Under the pieces are notes generated by a model, which worked only from the letters and a program-made list of their open reading frames with translations, made no database searches and was not told the DNA's origin. A stretch of 20,000 nt of DNA from Vermamoeba vermiformis (taxonomy: Eukaryota), in the NCBI GenBank assembly GCA_045837725.1, contig JBEWZL010000269.1, positions 55,956 to 75,955 of the forward strand, in the 5' to 3' direction. Shown here piece by piece: positions 9,444 to 19,035 of the stretch. The number at the start of each line of letters is the position of its first letter. The stretch's first letter is position 1. Made by a program: the position numbers and the translations under genes.

Positions 9444-11100
9444 TTAATTAGTTAATACAAATCCTTCGTAGTTTGCAGCAGCCACAGCCGTAATCTTTTG
9501 ACTGTAAGGACCGACACCAGCCACATAAGGCGTGAAATTTTGATTTTTGCCCGCAATATTTGCGTTGTTGTACCAAGAATTCTTGGCGGTCGGGAACAAG
9601 GTCATATTAGCAATGATATTCACGAGCCCGGTCCACTCGTCTTCAGCTTGTCTGGTGGCTTCAATCGTCTTGATATTATTCTTTTGCAGGTACGCCAAGC
9701 AGTTAGTGACCCAATTCACGTGCTCTTCGATCGACAGCACCATGTTGCTGAGAACGGAGGGACTTCCGGGGCCGCAGATCGTGAACAAATTTGGAAAGTT
9801 GTTCAACGCTAAGCCAAGGTACGAACTCGTCGATTGGCTCCAATGATGTTTCACAGTTTCGTTGTTGCGACCTTGGATGTTGATTCGAGTCAACGGACCA
9901 GTGAAGGCGTCAAATCCCATTGCGTAAATGATGCAATCGAGCTCTTGTTCTCCTGCACTAGTCTTGATGCCAGTCGGTGTAATTTCGACAATAGGAGTCT
10001 TGCGCAAGTTGATCAAACTGACGTTAGGACGATTGAAGGCCTCGTAGTAGCCGTTCTCTAAGCAGGCGCGTTTCAAGCCAAAGCCATAATCTGTCGGGAC
10101 CAAATCTTCAGCCGTTTGAGGGTTTTTGATTTGGCTGCGAATCTTGTTCTTGACGAATTCAGAGACAGCGTCGTTGGCTTCCTTGTTGACCAAGTTATCC
10201 GCGAAACACATCAACATGTTCCAGCCGCCCTCGGTCCAAGCCTTCTCGTAGATCTTTTGACGCTCTTCAGCTGATACTGTCGCAAAAGCTGTCGTGACAA
10301 TCGGGTACGTGGCTACTCCGAAGAACGTGTTGCGCATGCCTGCACGAAGTTGATCGTACTGGTCTTTAGTGGCCTTGATCTCTTCTTCAGTGAAGGTGCG
10401 ATTGCCAGCGGGCACGGCATAACAAGCAGTGCGTTGATAAACGTACACATGTTTGGCTTGTTTGGCGACTTCAGGAATGGTTTGAACTCCGGATGAGCCA
10501 GTGCCGATAACTGCTACGCGCTTGCCAGTAAAGTCTAGGTCGTGGGCTGGCCAAGCACTCGTTCTATATGTTTCGCCCTTGAAAGAAGTGCTTCCGGCAA
10601 TGTCGATCTCTTTCGGAGCAGAAAGGCATCCAGTAGCCATGACCAGGAATTTAACGGAAAATGAAGCCCCAGTATTGCAAGTAACGTGCCATCGGGCCTC
10701 TTGTTCGTTCCATGAAGCAGCAGTGACGCTAGTGTTGAAAATGATGTCGGATCGAAGATTGAATCTGTCGGTTACATGGAGCAGGTACTGAAAGAGGTCT
10801 TTTTGAGAAGCAAATCTTGTCTTCCACGTCCATTCATTTTGGAGGTCCTTATCGAAGGAGAAAGAGTAGTCTAAAAATAGATGTTGTTAATATCCGAGCC
10901 GTTAGAACCGAACTGATCTACTAACCAATTACGTCTACGTCGCATGAGGCACCAGGATAGCGATTCCAGAACCAAGTTCCGCCAACGTTAGGAGCAGTTT
11001 CTACAGCTTTAACGGATAAGCCGAGAGAGCGAGCGCGATGAAGCATGTACAGGCCGGAGAAGCCTGCACCAACGATCAAGCAATCCAATTGTTGCGACAT
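9444..11100 (-). CDS. Type I Baeyer-Villiger monooxygenase (cyclohexanone/phenylacetone monooxygenase family), about 533 aa, 2 exons
   Basis: Exons 11100-10926 and 10870-9444 with a 55-nt GTTAGT..TAG intron. Motifs: FAD Rossmann GAGFSG, BVMO signature GGTWFWNRYPGASCD, ATGCLS, fingerprint FKGETYRTSAWP, NADPH Rossmann GTGSSG, GLKR with the catalytic Arg followed by GYYEAFNRPNV, and FPNLF..GP.SP. Confidence 0.96.
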
Positions 11101-11735
11101 AGTTGATTTGTGGTCTATGATTACTCGGTAGAGATGATAAACAACTTTTTGAAATGAGCAGAAATGGTTTCGTTCAGTAGTTTCCATATTTGGTAACTTT
11201 TTGCTGGTAAACGTTGAAAAGTTCAAACGTTCTAGAAAAAATCTAATTTTGGCAGCTGTTTGACGGCAAATTTCTTCTCAGTTGAACAATTGGATGGTGC
11301 TCAGTACTGGAAACCACAAAACCTGCAGGTTGGCGCGTAGAAAAGCTGCCGACATCCATTTTCGGCAGTGGCAACAAATCTTTCTTCGTCCGTTATCAAC
11401 AAAACCATATATATTCCATGTATATTATAATGTTTTGCTAACTGGCTCGATGAATCTTTCATTTGAGCCGAGATAAATTGTAATTCATTTGAAATTTCGT
11501 AGAAAGTCAAACTTTGGTCAATGCCTTAATTAAACGTACGTTACTTCAAAATCGAAATCATTACTAACACGCCAGCTCGAACAGAGGGGTTTGAGTTGAT
11601 GTTGATTCAGCGTTGGATCCAACGGCTTGTAATGAAACCGTAAATTTCAGAGGTATCGGATTAACGTTTGCCGGAGTTAAATAAGTTAGAAGACAATGAA
11701 GAAGTTTTATCAAACAACAAGCACTTACTGGCTTA

Positions 11736-13926
11736 TTACAACTTGTTCTTATCTTGCACAATAATTCTTTCCTTCTCGGGGTAAGTCACCTTAAAATGGA
11801 ACGGCAATTGCTTCGTCTGGCCGGGCTTAATCGTCTCGATCCAGCGAACTGTTTGCGTCGCTGAATTGACCGTGAACGCCGCAGTCTCGTTACTGCTGTC
11901 AGTGTCATCAGTAGAACTTATTTTTGCGGCCTTTTCGGGACTTGGCTCGATGAGGCTGACTACGATCTTTTCGTCAGTGCTCTTAGGCAACTGATCGTAG
12001 ATCCAGATCGTAACCTAATGGAGTTTTTAGTCAACGCCACCCTATACCATAAAATCATAATGAACCCGATAACTTACGTCTTCTTGCTTGTTGTTAGTGG
12101 CGCTAATGGTAAGGTACGCGTGCTGCACGGTGTAAGATTGAATGAAGCCCTCGGTCTCTTTGAACTTGTTCTCGGGCTTGTACTGAATTTCAATGCCCTC
12201 ATCAATGCCCAACAACACGCTGAACTTGGCTTCAGGTTGAACATCCTACCGTGCAACAATTAGCTGTTGTGTTCAAGGTGGCTAAACGTACCTTCGTCAA
12301 CACGGTCTTGGTGACATAACTGTTGTTAATATATACAGACAAAGGACCCCTCAACAAGACCAACTTGCTCGGGTTCATTGTAAAACCACGCAAGTAGGCG
12401 TGACTTGAAAGTTTGGGGACTGCGTAGTGTCGTACATTCAGCTTGAGTGGAATACTTGCGATCAATACCTACACGATAGAATACGTGTTAGATTTGTTAT
12501 AGATATCGATGTTGACTTACCTTGCTGGGCACTCGGATGTTTGACGGCACAAAGAGTTGTTGGCTCAGTTGGAAAGTCGCTGCAACAAATTTATCTTCCA
12601 CGATAGCAGCGGTCATCTCCTCGTGCATCACACCAAAACCAGCTTCTGCGGCCATAAAACTTTGATCCTCTGCAGTCCCGGCCATTTTTTGGGTGTATTG
12701 ACGGTAGTTCACCTTGCTGGACTTCACGTACGACTCTTGAATGTTTTGTGATGAAACAAAGCCTTTAGGTGCTTTATTTCATATAATATTGTTAGAAATG
12801 TCTTGCGTGAAGCAGATCTGAGACGGATGCACGTACCAATTTCAATTTGAACGGATGCTAACTCAGGAATCTTTCCAACATTCATGTAGCGAGCCGTAGC
12901 CAACGTAATAGGTACCTAAGTAATAATTTTAGTATCATCATAATAACTGGTACGCTAGACATACATTGTCAAAGTCAAATCCGGTGTATTGCAGGATCTC
13001 AGCGTAGTACTGTAAATGAGCAGTGCCGTCTTCAGGCTTATAATAAATTTCATATGAAGCGTTCCATGATGCTGAACTGACCAAGTACTTGACGGTTACT
13101 ATCTCTTCAACAGGTCCTTCTATTTCGAGATTGTTATTCAGGATGATTGACACAACATAGTCCTCGACATCATTGCCCTTATTCTTTTCTTCTTTAATCT
13201 TTGCAGTGATGTTTTCTTTGTCTTTTTTCAATTCTGTAATGGCCGTTAGTTTTTGTTCGATTTTGAAAAGTGATCTGAATCTACTTACGAGCTTCTTTGA
13301 TCTTCAGTTCGGCAAGTTCTTTCGCAATAGCCGCACCCTTAGTCGCTACAAGATCGACCATGGCCTCTATTTCCTCGGCACTTGACGCCTTTTCGCCTCG
13401 ATGTTGCATCAAAAGCTTCAAGGTTGATTGACGCTCTAGGAGGTTTCCAACAAGTGTTGTTGTCGTGCTGTGTTCGTGCTCAACTCTTTTAAGCTCGTCT
13501 TCGTACTCTCCTAGGCGAGTCTTATTGACTACACCACTTGGTATCAATCGATGACCGAGTGCATACTAGAATATGTTAGCACAAGGTGCGTGTACAGATC
13601 TGTTCGAAAACTTACGCTTGTGACTTGTGAGTGCTTTGTAGATACTCTAAATGTGCCATCGAACATAGTGTACGAAGGTAGGTTCGTTAATAAGACCTCC
13701 GTTCGACCTACGCACAACAAGATGAGTTCGCGCCTTTGACAGATCCACTTTTTAAAGAATTACCTGAAGATATGTTGAATGGAACTTCAATTTGTAGTTC
13801 TGCGTATGAAGTATATACAGTTGCGCCTGTTACTTTAGCTTTTGTGATGTCTTGAATGTAGGCATTTGGAATTGTTGTCGCAGATGCCGCGTAGATCAAG
13901 CCAATCAAGATGATAATGGTTTTCAT
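11736..13926 (-). CDS. DUF4140/DUF4139 (MuiA / F37C4.5-like) protein with an N-terminal signal peptide, about 584 aa, 9 exons
   Basis: Exons 13926-13764, 13707-13616, 13565-13289, 13233-12965, 12915-12837, 12771-12521, 12468-12292, 12245-12078 and 12014-11736 join in frame (1755 nt). Family motifs: VTGATVY, a coiled coil, YLVSSASWNASYEI, ILQYTGFDFDNVPITLATA, YAVPKLSSHAYL, LLRGPLSVYI, LGIDEGI and DQLPKSTDEKIVVSL. In-frame upstream ATGs at 13935 and 13944 are alternative starts. Confidence 0.88.
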
Positions 13927-14337
13927 GGTGCTCATTATGTACATCTATAAATCGAATAATTAATCATGATATTTTTACGCCTTAAATGGAATGTTTTGCC
14001 TCGTCATCAAAATTGCTTCGTCACCAAGATTGTGAACGGTGCTTACGTCGTAAAATATGCAAAATATAAATTTCCAAATATTACTAGGTGGTTTGAGTAT
14101 TTCCACCGCGAAATTATGATTGTAAGTTTCGCTGCCGAATCCAGTTATGATTCACGCTCAAATCGCTGTCCAGTTCACAAAGATTCTCGTAGCATAAGTA
14201 CCTACATTTACATGCCTATTTGGCTCCTTTGGTATTCTCGTTTTTGTCTGAGTAAATAAGAATCATCAAAGTTTTGCTCGTGTCAACAAAAAACAAACCC
14301 GCTTTTTAATGTGACCAATAAAACAAAACGGTAAACT

Positions 14338-15853
14338 ATGCGCAAACTATCAATATTAGTGTTGCTCGTCGCTCTGTTGGTCCCAGCGGTGATCTACAAA
14401 GAAACCACGTTCCAGATCATGGCTAGAGGCGTGTTTAAATGCTTCACGTTAGTAGAGACATATTTTCCTACTAAAGGTCTCGAAGGTAAATATTAAAATT
14501 GTTAATAATGCAACCCCTCTACAAAAATTATTTGTTTTGGATCGAAATAATTCTATTAAATTCATTCTGCTCGCGCATATAACTCGTATTGAATAATAAT
14601 AATATTAATTCCAATTTTTTTGCCGTAGATTGGTCGCCAGAGGCTCGTAGCTTTGCTTTAATGAGCCGTCTAACTGCCAAGGAAGAAAAATCTGACTACA
14701 AAGAAGCGTACGTGATATATATATATACAATAGTACTATTTATCTAATAACAACGAAATACAACAGCCGAATAATGATGGAAGCGATTCACTATCTGCAG
14801 CCTCCTCCATCCGACGTTCTGATTACCCCTTTCCAAATAGCAAAAGTTCCAGTACGCTAAGTACACTTTATTACTCGATGAGTATAATACTAACATCGAT
14901 TTAGGTTGCTTGGTTTACTCCTGTGAACGCGCATCCATCGCGCACAATTTTGTATTTCCATGGCGTAAGTAGCCTTCGTTCAAGTATGGAATAACGCTAA
15001 TATTATTACTATAGGGAGGTATTGTAATCGGCTCTATCAATGTTGAAGCACATCCTGCTGCTCATTTGGCCAAGAAATTGAGTGCGCGCGTGTTAAGCGT
15101 GGACTACAGATTGATGCCTGAAAACTCCATTCAAGATGCAGTTAACGATGCTATTGCTGTATATAGGTATTACAGACGTGTTCTATTGATGCAAAAACGT
15201 ACTTATATTCTTTTGTAACAGATACTTGATCAAGATCGAGCGCGTGAATCCAGATCAGCTCGTTGTTTATGGATGCTCTGCCGGTGGTGCAATGACACTG
15301 CTGACAACAGTCGCTGCTAAGCACGAAGGATTCCCTTTACCGGCTGCCATTGCTCCATGGAGTTCTCGTAAGTACTAGACGCTGACACGTCAAGTCTTTT
15401 TAGCTGGATCCGATCTGCCTATCTGACACCATTTTTATAGACTTGGGCTTCGAGTACTTGAGCACTTACAAGCCTCAAGACCAGTGGAAGTCAAGACAAT
15501 ATACTGACAAGAAGGTTTACTCATGGTTGACTCCAGCAATGACCGATTGGTTCGCTGCATTCGCACACTCAACAAAGGCCAACAACGAAACGCTGAAGAA
15601 ATATTACACGGACTTGAAAGACTTGCCACCTATCAATATTCAAGTCGGTGAATACGATCCATTGCACGACGGAAATATTCAACTCAGCGACGAATTGAAG
15701 AAGTTGGGCAACGAAGTCGATCTGACTATTGCTCCGCGAATGTTCCATTGTCCTTCGATGCTCAGTGGCATTGTGCCTGAAGGCAGTCAAGCACTGGACG
15801 GTCTTGCTGAATGGCTGTTGAGCCGATTCAAGCTTGAACGAGTCAAACGCTGA
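14338..15853 (+). CDS. Alpha/beta hydrolase, hormone-sensitive lipase (GDXG) family esterase with an N-terminal signal/anchor, about 360 aa, 7 exons
   Basis: Exons 14338-14485, 14629-14707, 14767-14851, 14905-14964, 15015-15166, 15222-15367 and 15441-15853 (1083 nt). Motifs: LYFHGGG (oxyanion hole), VDYRLMPE, nucleophile GCSAGG, LPP..IQVGEYDPLHD (acid residue) and MFH (His). Confidence 0.93.
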
Positions 15854-15999
15854 ATAAAATAAATCAACAACGCTTGATCGGTTCTTCAAATATTTCGCAA
15901 ACTCAATACGAGCATAACTAAAATCTTTAATCAATTGTACAATATTTTATTAAAACTAAACCAAGCTCATAACATGAGTTGCTCAACGAACAGATCTAA

Positions 16000-18085
16000 T
16001 TAAACATCCGTCATTTGAGTATCAGTGGCTGTAGTCGTAGCTTGACTTTGATCCGCAGCACTTGCTTGTTGATCTGGCTCTGTCTTCACGCCAACCTTGT
16101 GGTACTTCATGCTCATATTGAAGTACTTATTGGGATGGTTCTGGACGTAGTCAGGTGCATTCGGATGTGTTGCCATGAAGTACTGCTTGCAAGCTTGAGT
16201 ATATTGGCCTTGACGCAAGAACCCAAACACTTTCGATTGCTCGGCTGGAGCGATGCCAACAGTGCTCATTTGTTGGCCTAAAGTGCCTTGATCCCAGTGA
16301 CGGAACGGACAGCCGTGATCATCGCCAGGCTGAGCCTTCATTTCAATAATTTTCTGGCAAGCGTAAGGTGTATAATCAGTGTTCTTGCCTGCGAGACCGT
16401 AGTTGTGTCTATTAACCGAATTTGTCAGATCGCGTACTGGATTTCAACTGATCGAAAATAATGAAGCAACTTACTTAATATTATAAGCGTATTTCTTCTC
16501 GAATACTGTGTTGCCGAATTTTTGAGAGAACTCGCTGCGCCAGAACTCAAGAGCGTCCTCTAAGGTCACACCAATGCCCTTCAAGAACAAACCGTATTGC
16601 ATGCGACCCATGTGCTTCATGTGGTGATTGGCGCGCAAGCTCTTGTGGCAACTCTTCATGCACAAAGGCATAGCGGTTTCGGATAGCTATAAGAGCCGTT
16701 AGTCCAAACTAAGAAAAATTGATCTTCGAATCCCGCTTGGATTCGCTAGAACATGTTTCAAACGTACGCTATCGAGGTCATTAATGTTAACATGGCGACC
16801 CTTTCTATTAGTAGCTCCGGCATAATCTTTGCCCAAGTACTGCTTAGGGAACGACTCCAAAAGCGGGAAGATGCGCTCGTCTTTCTTGAACACGGGCATT
16901 TGTCTATAGGCTCGCTGCAAGGCCTCACTGATATGCATTCTAAACAATAAATGATTAATAAATGCAATTGGAACTGATTTCAAATCCGTATTACAAACGG
17001 CGATCGAGATCCGTAGTATCAAACAACTCGTTTAGATGTAATATAATTACCTGAATTGCGCCAATACAATGGCAATGAGGTCGTTCTTATGAACAAATGC
17101 CTTGCCACCACGCAACAAGACCTTGCGGTGCGCAACAAGCTCCGTAGCTTGCTCGAAGGGAACGACGTAGAAGCTATCTTTGTCGCAAGGGATATCCTTA
17201 GCTGACATACCATAGAAACTTTGTAATACTTGTCTAAATAAAGGCTCGTTCGCGGTCCACGAAGCAGCGTCGATCTGAATTTCATTAGTTTGTAACAGCT
17301 GTAAGATTGAATTAAAAATTAGTATGTACCTTTTGGAACTTCATGTTGTTATCAGAAATGAAGGTCTCAAGGGCATCCGGTTCAGACAATAAGCGGACTC
17401 TGAAATCAACTTGGTCAGATCGCGCGCCTAATTGGAAATTTCAGTACTTACTGCAACAAAGCCTTCTCTTGGGTTAAAAACCAATTGCTTTCGGCACTTA
17501 ATTAAATGTTGAGCGTTAACTAGTCACATCTATGCTATTTTGGCGACTTACGGCTTGCAGTAGGCCAATCTGAGCGCGAAATGAGAAACTACGTCTCTTC
17601 TGATAGCATCTTCCATCTCGCTTTCATTATTAGGTACTTCTCTCCTAATATATTACAATAAGTTCAGATGAGACCAATTTGTTGAATCAGTTTTTTTGGA
17701 TTAGCTTTCGATCGCCCTCTAATTGAGTAAATAAATTCTACGTACCACCTAGGCATAGGCAAGTACTTCTCAAGTATAGGACGCATCTTCTCTACGAGTG
17801 CTGAGCCACGCGCACCGGCCATACGGTAATTATCAAGAGCCTTCAACGCTAAAAAATACAACAAATAATTAAAATGTAATTCTATAATATAATTTCATAC
17901 ACCTGTTATAGTTGATTACTTATCCCTCGATTTAGCTTCTACTTACCTTTTAATCTGTCAATGGCGAACTTCTCAAACTCTTCCAATGTAATTTTTTCAG
18001 TAGGTGGTATTTCGTACATTGAATATCGCAAACGATAAGCTGGATTGGCTCCAGCACCAATGGGAATTAATGGCGCGAAAGACAT
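16000..18085 (-). CDS. PRIM2: DNA primase large subunit (p58/PriL), about 488 aa, 9 coding exons
   Basis: Exons 18085-17947, 17848-17746, 17644-17552, 17496-17452, 17399-17330, 17274-17051, 16939-16768, 16686-16475 and 16408-16000 (1467 nt). Motifs: YEIPPTEKITLEEFEKFAIDRLK, RRDVVSHFALRLAYC, GRMQYGLFLKGIG, YAYNIKHNYG, the four [4Fe-4S] cysteines (PLCM, YACQKI, HGCPF, ACKQYF) and NHPNKYF. Confidence 0.97.
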
Positions 18086-18220
18086 CTGGTTTAGCTGCCT
18101 TGTTAGAATTACTTTGTTGCGTTTATCAAGTAATTACTAATACCCCGTACCTTTTATCGATGTTGTGGTCGTATTAATTGAAATGTAAATTTAAAAAAGG
18201 ATAACGAACTGAATCAAAAT

Positions 18221-18230
18221 GGCGGGAAAA
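18221..18230 (-). promoter_or_regulatory. E2F-type site TTTTCCCGCC in the primase promoter, with MCB-like ACGCGT at 18267-18272
   Basis: Canonical E2F consensus 136-145 nt upstream of the ATG of a DNA replication gene. Confidence 0.5.
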
Positions 18231-18389
18231 ACAAAAAAAAGGCTAAATACAATCGTCCGTGATATTACGCGTGAACGAAAACATAAGATGACGTTAAGAA
18301 TAGATAATAGGGCACTTGCTTCATGTTTCAATCAGAATTGAACGAAAGATCCTGCTATTCACAAACGTTCAGCAAATAGATAACAACAG

Positions 18390-18798
18390 ATGTCGTCAAA
18401 GCCAAAACCAAAGTCACGGAATGGATTGTTTGCACTCGCACTAATAGGCATTGCGGTAGTGGGATTTTCATGGCCCATGTTCTACGCCCAAGGACAGAAA
18501 AGAAAAGAAGTTTCATTAAGTAAGTTCACTCGACCTAATACTAATTTATTTCATAATAAAATAATATTATTGCACGTGCACTACCCGTAATATTAATATT
18601 AGAAGCTTGTTGGCATTTGTAATAATAATTAATTTAAAAAATGTCAGATTCTCCAGAAGCATTACCTAAGCAAGCAGCCATTCGAGGAGCCTTTGTAAAT
18701 TCGGGTAAATAATTATAATTGTGGAATTTTCTCGGTTTGCTGACAGCTCAATAGGTTCACGAGATGTGGGTCCTGATCCGAACAAAAACAAACAATAA
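18390..18798 (+). CDS. Small single-pass membrane protein (76 aa), uncharacterised, 3 exons
   Basis: Exons 18390-18519, 18648-18704 and 18755-18798 (231 nt) give MSSKPKPKSRNGLFALALIGIAVVGFSWPMFYAQGQKRKEVSLNSPEALPKQAAIRGAFVNSGSRDVGPDPNKNKQ. Splice sites are canonical, and there is a basic N-terminus followed by one TM helix. Confidence 0.8.
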
Positions 18799-19035
18799 TT
18801 ATGATATTATTCATCAACGGTTATTCATATGAATAAGGCGGTAGTAATCTAACTTGTACATAAATAAAAATATAATGCTTACTAACGAGGTCGGATCGGA
18901 TCTTGCCTTGGGTTAATGGAATTTATTATTATTCATCAGATCATGGACACGTATTAAGTATATTCAAATCTTGGCATTTACATGCACCAAGGTTCTTGAT
19001 TCGGATCCATGCCAGACAAACTAACGAATACTAAT

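Noticed and set aside
11230-11730. Small ORFs (64-69 aa) between the BVMO and DUF4139 genes
   Set aside because: No homology cues or splice support; consistent with promoter and UTR sequence.
13966-14259. 97-aa plus-strand ORF in the divergent promoter
   Set aside because: No recognisable features, and it overlaps the likely 5' UTR and promoter of the DUF4139 gene.
16727-16745. TTCGAATCCC tRNA T-arm-like sequence and hairpin CGAATCC/GGATTCG in a primase intron
   Set aside because: No cloverleaf or A-box; it is only a 7-bp local hairpin.
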